Part shown: positions 10,338 through 19,413 of the stretch, one piece after another
Numbering within the stretch: position 1 is the stretch's first letter
Layout of the letters: every line of letters begins with the position of its first letter
Assembly: GCA_018711685.1 (NCBI GenBank)
Contig: DVHZ01000153.1
Location: 5,192-69,191, forward strand
Reading direction: 5' to 3'
From: Candidatus Excrementavichristensenella intestinipullorum
Lineage (GTDB): Bacteria; Bacillota; Clostridia; Christensenellales; Aristaeellaceae
Length of the DNA stretch: 64,000 bases
Notes under the pieces: generated by a model
The model's database searches: none
What the model was told of the DNA's origin: nothing
What the model saw: only the letters and a program-made list of their open reading frames with translations
Made by a program: the position numbers and the translations under genes

Positions 10338-10406
10338 GCCCCCCTTCCCTTTCTTCCCCGCCTCCGGGCCGCGCCGCCAGTCAAGCCCGGTTCCGGCAAA
10401 ATGCCC

Positions 10407-10455
10407 TTGCTTTTCCCCGCCCCTTAGCGTATAATAAAACCGACACTTGTGTCGG
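10407..10455 (+). promoter_or_regulatory. promoter plus palindromic operator of the TetR-family gene
   Basis: TTGCTT (10407-10412), a 17-nt spacer, then TATAAT (10430-10435). The inverted repeat CCGACAC-TT-GTGTCGG (10440-10455) follows directly, then RBS GGGAGGG and ATG 10485. Confidence 0.6.
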
Positions 10456-10484
10456 AAATTTTCCCGAAAGGGAGGGCGAAGGCT

Positions 10485-11083
10485 ATGGGGCAAAGGGGGA
10501 GGCCACCAAGAAGGCCATCCGGGACGCCGCGCTTCAGCTGTTCGTGGAAAAGGGATTTAAGGATGTGACCATGTCCCACATCTGCAACAGGACGGGTCTT
10601 AGCCGGGGCGGCGTCTACGGCCACTACGCCGGCACCGGGCAGATCTTTGCCGACATCATTCAGGAGATCATGGGGGACCTGGAAAGCGGCGTGGAGGAAA
10701 AAATGCAAAGCGGGTTTTCGGCCACGCGCATATTGGATCAGCTGCTGGCCCGGTATCAGGGTGAAATGCTGGACCATGGCGGCTCTTTGGGCCTGGCTTT
10801 TTACGAGTACTACAGCGCGCTGCCACCCTCGGCGGACAACGCCTTGCTCAGCCAATACCATGCCTCCAGGGCCATACTTCGCAGGCTGATCCAATATGGC
10901 ATTCGACGGGGCGAATTTGAAAGCGTCCCGGTAAACGCCGTTGTGGACCTGCTGCTTTTCTCCTATCAGGGGGTACAAATGCTAAAGCCCATTATGCGGC
11001 TGGATGAGGAAGAAATTCCCAAGGGAATGATAGGGCAAATCAGGTCGATGCTGGTCAAGCAAACAAGGGAAGCGGCGAGGTGA
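10485..11083 (+). CDS. TetR/AcrR family transcriptional regulator, apparently frameshifted near the 5' end
   Basis: ATG 10485 has a good RBS and encodes MGQRGRPP, a typical TetR N-terminus. The HTH frame (KKAIRDAALQLFVEKGFKDVTMSHICNRTGLSRGGVYGHY) is -1 relative to it. A single missing A in CCACCAAGAAGG (about 10505-10512) would join the two frames. The listed ORF starts only at GTG 10544. Confidence 0.7.
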
Positions 11084-11917
11084 ATCGGACGATGAAGCTG
11101 AAAATCGTGGGTAGCGGCGGGATGTTCCCCATCCCCAATCCCTTTTGCCGGTGCCCCATCTGCGAGGAAGCCCGGCTCAAGCGGGGCCGCTATCAGCGGC
11201 TGGGCCCTAGCCTTTATATCGAGGACATACAAATGCTCATCGACACCCCGGAGGACATCGCCATCGCCTGCGACAGGCAGGGGATTCACGCCATCCAAAT
11301 ATCTCTCCCTCTCCCACAAGGACCCGGACCATACCCGGGGCATGCGCATCGTAGAGCCTTTGGGCTACGACTGCATCGCCGGCCGGGGAACGCCCATTTC
11401 ATTTATCGCCTTACCCCAGGTGGTGGAGGACATCAACGCCTGGAACGGCGACGGCCTATCGTACTATGAAAACGTGCTGCATTGCATTGACGTACACAAA
11501 ACCGACTGCGTCAAAATTGACGGCATCCAAATACACCTGGTCAACAACAAGACCCACCGGGGCAATATGACCTTTTACGTACTCATAGAGGGGACGAAAA
11601 AGGCCATCTACGCTTGTTGCGATGTCAAGCCTTTTGTGCCAAACCCCTTGTATATGGACGCGGACGTGCTGATCATCGGCCTGGTTTCCGACGACGGCAT
11701 ACTGAAAGATCAATCGCGCTTGGAAGACGCACCCTTCAAAGGCGATATGTTTACGTTAGAAGAGCTGATGGAGCTCAAACGCGCCTACCGAATCGGGCGG
11801 GTTGTGGTTACCCACATCGACGAGTATTGGGGCAAGTCTTACGGCTACTACCGGCAATTTGAGAAGACGCTGGACAATATCTCCTTCGCCTACGATGGCA
11901 TGGAGATCCTTCTATAA
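11080..11917 (+). pseudogene. MBL-fold metallo-hydrolase, split by a +1 frameshift
   Basis: ORFs 11080-11469 and 11342-11917 are two halves of one protein. The expected ...GIHAIQ-YLSLSHKDPDHTRGMRIVEPLG is restored by removing one A from the A-run at 11297-11299. Confidence 0.65.
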
Positions 11918-12022
11918 CCCCGGACGCCTGTCCCTGGCCAGGGCGGCGCGAAAGGCGGTAATCGCTCTGGGGCAGCGCCGGATTAGGACGCCTTCCTCTG
12001 CCGCTCTCGCGTCCGGGGGGTT

Positions 12023-12084
12023 CCAGGGGGGCGCAGCCCCCCTGGCTGGGGAAGCCCCGCCGCCGGTGGCGGCGGGGCTTCCCC
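12023..12084. terminator. two GC-rich hairpins between the convergent MBL gene and argF
   Basis: CCAGGGGGG-cgcag-CCCCCCTGG (12023-12045) and GGGGAAGCCCCGCCGCC-ggt-GGCGGCGGGGCTTCCCC (12048-12084, a 17-bp perfect stem). Neither has a clear T-tract. Confidence 0.55.
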
Positions 12085-12164
12085 ACTATGGCGCTGGGTA
12101 CGATGCGCTTAAAGCCCAGGCGCAGCCGCCGGAGAAGTGCGCTCCCTCCCCCGGCCCTGGCAAA

Positions 12165-13178
12165 TCAGCCTTGGTAGGCCTGGGGATGGGCCAGGGTGGC
12201 CAGCATGACCGCCTTGATGGTGTGCATCCGGTTTTCCGCCTCGTCGAATACCACCGACTGGGGCGACTCGAAGACCTGGTCGGCCACCTCCATCTCGGTA
12301 AGGCCAAACTTGCGGTAGATGTCCTGGGCGATGGTGGTCTTAAGATCGTGGAAGGAGGGCAGGCAGTGCATGAAGATGGCCTGCTCCCCTGCCATCTCCA
12401 TGGCCCGCCGGTTCACCTGATAGGGCTTGAGCAGGGCGATGCGCTTTTCCCAAATCTCGTCGGGCTCGCCCATGGATACCCAGATGTCGGTGTAGAGCAC
12501 GTCGGCTCCGGTCACGCCCTGAGATACATCCGAGGTGAGGCGCACGCTGCCGCCGGTGGCTTGGGCGATGGCGCGGGCCTTGTCCACCAGCTCCTGGGCC
12601 GGGAACAGGGCCTGGGGCGCGCAGGCAGTGAAGTGCAGGCCCATCTTGGCGCAGGCGATCATCAGGGAATTGCCCATGTTGTTGCGGGCGTCCCCCATAT
12701 AGGTGAACTTGACTCCCGCCAGGCGGCCCAGTTTTTCCTCGATGGTGAGCAGGTCCGCCAGCATCTGGGTGGGATGGAATTGGTCCGTAAGGCCGTTCCA
12801 GACCGGGACCCCGGCGTATTGAGCCAGCTCCTCCACGATCTGCTGGCTAAAGCCCCGGTATTCGATGCCGTCGTACATGCGCCCCAGCACCCGGGCGGTG
12901 TCGGGAATGGATTCTTTTTTGCCCATCTGGGAGCTGCCCGGGTCCAGGAATGTGACGCCCATGCCCAGGTCCATACCCGCCACTTCAAAGGCGCAGCGGG
13001 TGCGGGTGGAGGTCTTTTCAAACAGCAGAGCCACGTTTTTGCCGGTCAGATACCGGTGGGGCGTTCCGGCCTTCTTCAGCGCCTTCAGCCGTGCGGCCAA
13101 GTCCAATAAAAAGCGAATCTCCTGGGGCGTATAGTCCAGCAGGGTGAGAAAATGCCTGCCCTTCAGATCGATGCCCAT
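12165..13178 (-). CDS. argF: ornithine carbamoyltransferase
   Basis: ATG 13178 follows GAAGGAGG. OTCase motifs are present: [25 protein letters not shown] and FMHCLPSFH. Confidence 0.92.
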   Translation of the reverse strand: MGIDLKGRHFLTLLDYTPQEIRFLLDLAARLKALKKAGTPHRYLTGKNVALLFEKTSTRTRCAFEVAGMDLGMGVTFLDPGSSQMGKKESIPDTARVLGRMYDGIEYRGFSQQIVEELAQYAGVPVWNGLTDQFHPTQMLADLLTIEEKLGRLAGVKFTYMGDARNNMGNSLMIACAKMGLHFTACAPQALFPAQELVDKARAIAQATGGSVRLTSDVSQGVTGADVLYTDIWVSMGEPDEIWEKRIALLKPYQVNRRAMEMAGEQAIFMHCLPSFHDLKTTIAQDIYRKFGLTEMEVADQVFESPQSVVFDEAENRMHTIKAVMLATLAHPQAYQG

Positions 13179-13334
13179 GAGCCAGCCTCCTTCGGTGGGT
13201 GATTGAAATAGTATAGCACAACCGAAGGGCGCTGGTAAAGTTTTTTGGCTCACGGAGAAGGAAAAAAGCGAAAACGGAGCGAAAAAATACCCTCATGTAT
13301 TCGCCGCTAAAACGGTTTTTAGGAGGTACGCCTA

Positions 13335-15086
13335 ATGACGTGGGACCTTTCAGACCTATATAAGGGATTCGATGACCCAGCCTTTTCCAGGGATATGCAG
13401 GCCCTGGAGCGGGATACCGCTCAGGCACGGGAGATGCTAGCCCAGGCGGGCGGCCGTCCGGCGGGGGAAGTGCTGGCGGAGCTCATCCGGCGGATGCAGG
13501 ACCTGCAATGCCTGTCCGCCCGGCTGGGCAATATGGTGGCCCTGACTTTGGCCGCCGACGCCAACGACGAGGGAGCCCTGGGCCAATACGACCGCCTGTG
13601 TCAGCGGGAGGTGGAGATGAGCCAGCTGTGGAGCCAAGCCGCCCGGTATACCGCAGGGATTGACAACCTGGCCGCCCTGTGCCGAATCGATCCCCTGCTG
13701 GCCCAGCACGAATACCTGCTGCGCTGCTGGCAGCGCGAGGCCGCCCACACCATCGACCCGGCCCTGGAAGGGGTGGTGCTGCAAATGCGCGTCACCGGGG
13801 GCGAAGCCTGGAGCAAGCTGCGGGACGACCTGGACGCGGGCCATACGGTGCGCTGCGTCTTGGGCGAAAAGGAGCAGGTGCTCACCCTGTCCCAGGCGCG
13901 CAACCTGGCCTACAGCCCGGACCCCCAGGTGCGCCAGGCCGCCTACCAGGCCGAACTGGCCGCCTACCCCGCCATAGAGCAGCCCATGGCCGCCTGCCTG
14001 AACGGCATCAAGGGAGAGGCCATCACCCTGCTGCCCCTGCGGCATTACGAATCTGCCTTGGACCAATCCATCCATCAAGCCCGGATTACCCGCCCCATCC
14101 TGGACGCCCTGACCGGCGCCATGGAGGAGGCGCTGCCCGTATTCCGCCGCTACCTGCGCCTGAAGGCCAAGGCCCTGGGCCACCAGGGCGCTCTGCCCTT
14201 CTGGGATCTGTTCGCGCCCCTGGGCCAGGCGCCCCAGACCTATACCCTGGACCAGGCCCGGCAATTGCTGGTGCGGGTGCTGGGAGGATTTAGCCCCGCC
14301 ATGGGGGAAATGATTCAGCGGGCCTTTGACCAGCGGTGGATCGACGCCTATCCCCGGCCGGGCAAGCAGGGGGGCGCCTTCTGCTCCGGGGTCTATCCCC
14401 TGGGCCATAGCTTTGTGCTGGCCAACTTCGACGGCTCCCTGAACGCGGTGAGCACCCTGGCCCACGAGCTGGGCCACGCCTATCACGACCAGCAGCTGTT
14501 CCAAAATAGCCCCCTGCTGGACGAGGCGCCCATGCCCCTGGCGGAGACCGCTTCCATCTTTAACGAAACCCTGCTCTGCCACCGGCTGCTGGAAGAGGCG
14601 CCCCCCGAGCAGCGGGCGATGCTGCTGGACCAGGAACTCTCCGACGCCACCCAGACCGTCGTAGACATCCTCTCCCGGTTCTACTTTGAGCAGGAGGTGT
14701 TCGCCCGCCGCAGGGATCACATCCTCAGCTCCAGCGAGCTGTGCCAGATCATGCTGCAGGCCCAGCAGCGCACCTATGGGGACGGGCTCAGTTGCTATCA
14801 TCCCTATATGTGGGCCTGCAAATGCCACTACTACAGTCCGGACCTGCACTACTACAACTTCCCTTACACCTTTGGCCTGCTCTTTGGCAAGGGCATATAC
14901 GCCCGGTACCTGAAGGAGGGGCCCGCTTTCCGGGAAACCTATGACCAGCTGTTGCGGCAAACCGCCCTGGATGACGCCGCCGAGGTAGCCGCCACCGTGG
15001 GCATCGACCTGGCCGACCCGGCATTCTGGCACAGTTCCCTGGCGCTGCTGGAGCAAAGCGTGGATCAGCTTGCCGCCTGCCTCTAA
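13335..15086 (+). CDS. pepF: oligoendopeptidase F family (M3B) metallopeptidase
   Basis: 583 aa with the zinc motif HELGHAYH and overall M3B organisation. The RBS is AGGAGG. Confidence 0.85.
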   Translation: MTWDLSDLYKGFDDPAFSRDMQALERDTAQAREMLAQAGGRPAGEVLAELIRRMQDLQCLSARLGNMVALTLAADANDEGALGQYDRLCQREVEMSQLWSQAARYTAGIDNLAALCRIDPLLAQHEYLLRCWQREAAHTIDPALEGVVLQMRVTGGEAWSKLRDDLDAGHTVRCVLGEKEQVLTLSQARNLAYSPDPQVRQAAYQAELAAYPAIEQPMAACLNGIKGEAITLLPLRHYESALDQSIHQARITRPILDALTGAMEEALPVFRRYLRLKAKALGHQGALPFWDLFAPLGQAPQTYTLDQARQLLVRVLGGFSPAMGEMIQRAFDQRWIDAYPRPGKQGGAFCSGVYPLGHSFVLANFDGSLNAVSTLAHELGHAYHDQQLFQNSPLLDEAPMPLAETASIFNETLLCHRLLEEAPPEQRAMLLDQELSDATQTVVDILSRFYFEQEVFARRRDHILSSSELCQIMLQAQQRTYGDGLSCYHPYMWACKCHYYSPDLHYYNFPYTFGLLFGKGIYARYLKEGPAFRETYDQLLRQTALDDAAEVAATVGIDLADPAFWHSSLALLEQSVDQLAACL

Positions 15087-15098
15087 TTTTCTTACGTC

Positions 15099-15186
15099 CA
15101 GGCCCAACCCGGCCCCTCCCCCTGGCCTTTGGCCAGGGGGAGGGGCCGGGTTGGGCCTGGACCCTCCGTCCCTTCAGGGACGGAGG
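15099..15186 (+). terminator. very long perfect hairpin plus a second hairpin downstream of pepF
   Basis: 15099-15160 forms a ~29-bp perfect GC-rich stem (CCAGGCCCAACCCGGCCCCTCCCCCTGGCC / GGCCAGGGGGAGGGGCCGGGTTGGGCCTGG) with a 3-nt loop. 15163-15186 is CCTCCGTCCC-ttca-GGGACGGAGG. Confidence 0.55.
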
Positions 15187-15348
15187 ATAGCGTCCCCGCG
15201 CCGGATCCCTATGCATACAGGACAAAGGGTTTGCCCCCTCGGCCGGCGGCCGAAGGGCTGCGCCGCCAAAACTTGTGGTTTTGAAACAATTTGTGCGCAT
15301 TTTCTATATTTTCTCACCTGTTTTGCAATCCTCTCAGCGAATCTTATC

Positions 15349-15377
15349 TTGACACGATGCCCTTGCGAATGTAAAAT
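15349..15377 (+). promoter_or_regulatory. sigma-A-type promoter of rny
   Basis: TTGACA (15349-15354), a 17-nt spacer, then TAAAAT (15372-15377). This leaves a leader of about 110 nt containing the hairpin GCATCC-taaataaa-GGATGC. Confidence 0.6.
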
Positions 15378-15490
15378 AATTCTGATAACCCTGTCGCTTT
15401 GTGCATCCTAAATAAAGGATGCTTTCGCCGTCGGGCGGCCCGGTTGCCAATACATCAATATTATAGAATAAGAGAGGGGGATTTTGTGCA

Positions 15491-17032
15491 TTGAGTCCAG
15501 TTGTTGCCATAATACTCGTACTGGTCGCGCTGTTGGTGGGCGCAGCCGCCGGTTTTTTATACCGTCAGAATGTGATGGAAAAGAAGATCGGACGGACCGA
15601 GGCGTTTGCTCGAAGCCTGCTGGATGAGGCGACGCGCAAAGCCGAGGAGCAAAAGAAGGAAAAATTGCTGGAGGCCAAGGAGGAGATCATCCGGCTCAAG
15701 AGCGAACTGGATAAGGAAGTGAAGGACCGGCGCAACGAAGTGACCCGCCTGGAGCGCCGGGTGAATCAGCGGGAAGAGACCCTGGACAAGAAGATGGACA
15801 ACCTGGAAGCCCGGGAGGAGAGCCTGAACCAGAAATATAAGGAGGCCGAGCGGCTGGAAGCCCGTGCCAGGGAATACACCGAGCAGCAGCAGCAGGAGCT
15901 GGAGCGCATCGGCAACATGACCCTGGAGGAAGCCCGGCAGGTGCTCATCAGCCGCATCCAGAAGGACGCCTACCACGACGCGGCGGTGATGGTGCGGGAG
16001 ATCGAGTCCAAGGCCAAGGAGGAAGCGGACAAGAAGGCCCGCAACCTGATCGCCATGGCCATCCAAAAGTGCGCGGCAGACCATGTGGCGGAGACCACGG
16101 TTTCGGTGGTAGCCCTGCCCAACGATGACATGAAGGGGCGCATCATCGGCCGGGAGGGGCGCAACATCCGCACCCTGGAGACGGCTACCGGCGTGGACCT
16201 GATCATCGACGACACCCCCGAGGCGGTCATCATTTCCGGGTTCGACCCGGTGCGCCGGGAAGTGGCCCGCATCGCCCTGGAGCGGCTGATCACCGACGGG
16301 CGCATCCATCCGGGCCGCATCGAGGAGATGGTGGAAAAGGCCAAGCGGGAAGTGGACAACCAGATCCGGGAGGCCGGGGAGCAGGCCATTTTCGAGACCA
16401 ACCTGCACTCCATCCACCACGAGCTGGTGAAGTTGCTGGGCCGGATGAAGTACCGCACCAGCTACGGCCAGAACGTGCTCAAGCACTCCATTGAGGTGAG
16501 CCACCTGGCCGGGGTGATGGCGGCGGAGCTGGGCGCGGACGTGCAGCTGGCCAAGCGGGCCGGGCTGCTCCACGACATCGGCAAGGCCATCGACCACGAG
16601 GTGGAGGGCACCCACGTCACCATCGGCGCGGACCTGGCCAAGAAGTTCCACGAATCCGACGCGGTGGTGAACGCCATCATGGCCCACCACAACGACGTAG
16701 AGCCTCAGACGGTGGAGGCGGTGCTGGTGCAGGCGGCGGACGCCATATCGGCAGCCCGGCCCGGGGCGCGGCGGGAATCCCTGGAGAATTACATCAAACG
16801 CCTGGAGAAGCTGGAAGAGATCGCCAATTCCTTCGACGGCGTAGAGAAGTCCTTCGCCATCCAATCTGGCCGCGAGATACGCATCGTGGTCAAGCCCGAA
16901 GACGTGAACGACGCGGGCACCCTGATCCTGGCCAAGGAGATCGTCAAGCGCATCGAGCGGGAGATGGAGTATCCGGGACAGATCAAGGTGAACGTGATTC
17001 GAGAGACCCGGGCCATCGAATTCGCCAAATAA
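15491..17032 (+). CDS. rny: ribonuclease Y
   Basis: TTG start. It has an N-terminal TM helix, a long Glu/Lys coiled coil, a KH block ([15 protein letters not shown]) and an HD domain ([10 protein letters not shown]...LLHDIGKA). Confidence 0.93.
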   Translation: MSPVVAIILVLVALLVGAAAGFLYRQNVMEKKIGRTEAFARSLLDEATRKAEEQKKEKLLEAKEEIIRLKSELDKEVKDRRNEVTRLERRVNQREETLDKKMDNLEAREESLNQKYKEAERLEARAREYTEQQQQELERIGNMTLEEARQVLISRIQKDAYHDAAVMVREIESKAKEEADKKARNLIAMAIQKCAADHVAETTVSVVALPNDDMKGRIIGREGRNIRTLETATGVDLIIDDTPEAVIISGFDPVRREVARIALERLITDGRIHPGRIEEMVEKAKREVDNQIREAGEQAIFETNLHSIHHELVKLLGRMKYRTSYGQNVLKHSIEVSHLAGVMAAELGADVQLAKRAGLLHDIGKAIDHEVEGTHVTIGADLAKKFHESDAVVNAIMAHHNDVEPQTVEAVLVQAADAISAARPGARRESLENYIKRLEKLEEIANSFDGVEKSFAIQSGREIRIVVKPEDVNDAGTLILAKEIVKRIEREMEYPGQIKVNVIRETRAIEFAK

Positions 17033-17044
17033 TCCGGCTAGTGC

Positions 17045-17077
17045 GCCGCGCCGCCCCGATGGGCGGCGCGGCTTTTT
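17045..17077 (+). terminator. intrinsic terminator of rny
   Basis: GCCGCGCCGCCC-cgat-GGGCGGCGCGGC followed by TTTTT. Confidence 0.8.
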
Positions 17078-17133
17078 GCGCCTTGCGCATAGCATGCCCT
17101 TGCCGGGGTTATGCTACGTGCGAGGTGAAAACA

Positions 17134-17796
17134 ATGTCGCTGGGACTCATTTTGTTGATCGTGACGGCCATCCTGATCCTGTTTGGGGTGGCCCAACGGG
17201 TGCTGGACAAGCTGCGGCTGACGGACAGGCAGGCGCTCCTCATGGTGGCCCTGATCTTCTTCGGCGGGCTGTTGGGAGACATCCCCTTGGGGGAGCGCCT
17301 TTCGGTAAATCTGGGCGGCGCGGTGGTCCCCTTGATTCTGTGCGTGTACCTGCTGGTCAAGGCGGGCACGGCTTGGGAGCGGTGGCGCAGCCTGCTGGCC
17401 GCCCTGATTACGGCGGCGGCGGTATGGCTTATCGGCCACCTGACCCCCAGCGAGCCGGAGGCCATGCCCTTTGACGTGAACTATGCCTACGGGCTGGCGG
17501 CGGGGCTGATCGCCTATCTGTTCGGTCGCTCCCGTCGGGCCGCCTTTGTGGCGGGGGTATTGGGGGTCATGGCGGCGGATATTGCCCAGGCGGTGGTCAA
17601 CTGGAACCAGGGCATCGACCAGCGGCTGGCGCTGGGCGGCGCGGGGGCGGTGGACGCCATCGTCATCTCCGGGCTGGTGGCGGTGCTGCTGGCCGAGCTG
17701 GTGGGCGAGCTGACGGAGCGGGTGGTTCGAGGCCGCCGGGAGGAGAGCCGCGCCTTTCAAGACGGCCATTTCGTCAGGGGGGAAAAGCGCAAATGA
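17134..17796 (+). CDS. integral membrane protein (DUF1614-like), function unknown
   Basis: ATG 17134 follows GAGGTGAAAACA. The 220-aa protein has several hydrophobic helices, and its end overlaps the spoIIP start by 4 nt. Confidence 0.6.
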   Translation: MSLGLILLIVTAILILFGVAQRVLDKLRLTDRQALLMVALIFFGGLLGDIPLGERLSVNLGGAVVPLILCVYLLVKAGTAWERWRSLLAALITAAAVWLIGHLTPSEPEAMPFDVNYAYGLAAGLIAYLFGRSRRAAFVAGVLGVMAADIAQAVVNWNQGIDQRLALGGAGAVDAIVISGLVAVLLAELVGELTERVVRGRREESRAFQDGHFVRGEKRK

Positions 17797-18893
17797 AAAA
17801 GCTAATCGCTTTGCTGGCCCTGCTGATGCTGCTGTTGCCCATGAGCGCCAGGGCCGAAACCTACCCGGAGGACCCGGACGGCGCCTACGATGACAGCCAG
17901 GTCTACCAGATCTACGATACCCAGGGCAATTACCTGACCAGCCGGGCGGGCCAGGTTTCCCCTCAGGACGAGTATATCGCCGGGGATAACAAGCTGTACC
18001 GTATTCTGGAGGCCGACCCGGCTTCCGGCCGGGCCACGGCGGAATACCTGGGCTATGAGCCGGCCAATACCGTAACCGCCTTCGGGCTGGCCCTTCCGGC
18101 CAGCGCCCAGGAGGCGCGCAAGGTCATCTGCATGTATTCCACCCACTCCGACGAGAGTTACGAGCCCACCGACGGGACCTCTTCCAAGACCCAGGATGCG
18201 GGGATCTACGACGTGGGCGACGCCCTCAAGAAAAACCTGGAAGAGCGGGGCATTCAGGTGACCTATAGCCAGGACACCTTTTTGCCCCACGACGCGGGGG
18301 CCTACCGCCGCTCCCGGAGCACCGCGGAGGAGCTGCTCAAGCAGGCCCCGGCGGCGCTGCTGGACCTGCATCGGGACGGCATTCCCGATCCCTCGGAGTA
18401 CGAGCACCAGCTGGAAGGCCAGGACGTGACCAAGGTGCGGCTGCTGGTGGGCCGTTCCAACGCCAACGCCGACGCCAACCGGGCCTTTGCCAAGGAGATC
18501 AAGGCGGTGGCGGACGAGAAATATCCGGGGCTCATCAAGGACATCTACATCGGCAAGGGCAATTACAACCAGGAGCTGTACCCCAAGGCGCTGCTGCTGG
18601 AGTTCGGCACCCATACCACCGATAAGGAGGAGGCCATCCAGTCCACCCAATACATGGCCGACGTGCTGGACGACGTGCTGTTCGGCGGAACCGCCCAGGC
18701 CGCCTCCGCCCAGGAAGGCCGGGAGGGCTTTAAGGGCGCGGCCTGGCTGATCGGCGGAGCCGTGCTGGCGGCGGTAATCTACGTGCTGGCCTCCAGCGGC
18801 ACCTTTAAGAACCTGGGCCAGCGGCTCAGCCGGGGCGCCAGCCAGCTCACCGGCGGGCTGATGGGCAAAAAGCCCAAAGACGGGGACGAATAG
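17793..18893 (+). CDS. spoIIP: stage II sporulation protein P
   Basis: Has a signal/anchor sequence (MKKLIALLALLMLLLPMSARA), SpoIIP-type amidase blocks (IYSTHSDESY-like CMYSTHSDESYEP, LDLHRDG, LLEFGTH) and a C-terminal TM helix. Confidence 0.85.
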   Translation: MKKLIALLALLMLLLPMSARAETYPEDPDGAYDDSQVYQIYDTQGNYLTSRAGQVSPQDEYIAGDNKLYRILEADPASGRATAEYLGYEPANTVTAFGLALPASAQEARKVICMYSTHSDESYEPTDGTSSKTQDAGIYDVGDALKKNLEERGIQVTYSQDTFLPHDAGAYRRSRSTAEELLKQAPAALLDLHRDGIPDPSEYEHQLEGQDVTKVRLLVGRSNANADANRAFAKEIKAVADEKYPGLIKDIYIGKGNYNQELYPKALLLEFGTHTTDKEEAIQSTQYMADVLDDVLFGGTAQAASAQEGREGFKGAAWLIGGAVLAAVIYVLASSGTFKNLGQRLSRGASQLTGGLMGKKPKDGDE

Positions 18894-18964
18894 CGCCGGG
18901 CCTTCTTCGCCCGGGGCTGCGGGGCAAATCCCCGCGAAAGCCCGGCCCCTCCGGGCCTTCCATG

Positions 18965-18998
18965 GCCGTTGGCCGCCTGTGCCAACGGCTGTTTTTTT
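18965..18998 (+). terminator. intrinsic terminator of spoIIP
   Basis: GCCGTTGGC-cgcctgt-GCCAACGGC followed by TGTTTTTTT. Confidence 0.75.
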
Positions 18999-19170
18999 CT
19001 GCGATGTTCAGGGCATAGGGCCCCGGGGACATCCGGTTTTTCTGCGAAATTCGGGGCCCAGGGACCGGGAGACGCCCGGTTTTTCTGCGGAATCCAGGGC
19101 ACAGGAGCCCGGGGACGCCCGGTTCTTCTACGATGTTCCGGGCACAGGGGTCCGGGCGGTTCCGTTTTCC
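18992..19170 (+). repeat. array of four degenerate 43-nt tandem repeats plus the start of a fifth
   Basis: Unit starts G(G)TTTTTCTGCG fall at 18992, 19035, 19078 and 19121, and the start of a fifth falls at 19164, giving an exact 43-nt period. Units 2-3 end in a short CCGGG-N4/5-CCCGG hairpin plus a T-run; units 1 and 4 only weakly. Confidence 0.85.
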
Positions 19171-19331
19171 TTCCCGATTGCCGCAAGGGGCCATCCCCGA
19201 GGGCGGAGCGCCAGGCGGCCTTCCCGCAGCCGCCAAGCGGCGCAGCGGGGGCGCATAATGATTCGGCGCACGGCGAAAAAACGCGAATGTATATGCAGCC
19301 GCTTTTGCCCTGTTTCAGGGCGGGAATGCCC

Positions 19332-19361
19332 TTGACAGTATCCCGGCAAAAAGCCTATAAT
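19332..19361 (+). promoter_or_regulatory. sigma-A-type promoter of metG
   Basis: TTGACA (19332-19337), an 18-nt spacer, then TATAAT (19356-19361), 52 nt upstream of ATG 19414. Confidence 0.65.
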
Positions 19362-19413
19362 AGGGAAAAGCGGGCGTCCCCATCCGTGGCGGGGGCGCTT
19401 TATCGAGGGGGAT

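Noticed and set aside
11802-13109. 435-aa plus-strand ORF
   Set aside because: It runs antisense to argF, which has unambiguous OTCase motifs.
13437-17095. 556-aa and 512-aa minus-strand ORFs (13437-15107, 15557-17095)
   Set aside because: They run antisense to pepF (HELGH motif) and rny (KH/HD domains). Their sequence is repetitive and rich in G/L/Q/H, with no RBS.
18992-19170. Possible CRISPR array
   Set aside because: The 43-nt units abut one another with no unique spacers, are degenerate rather than identical, and have no cas genes or leader. This is a tandem repeat, not a CRISPR array.
19362-19413. T-box or other riboswitch leader upstream of metG
   Set aside because: The leader after the predicted -10 is only about 50 nt. 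The 520-nt intergenic region contains no T-box sequence (AATTAGGGTGGTACCGCG-like) and no specifier or antiterminator architecture.
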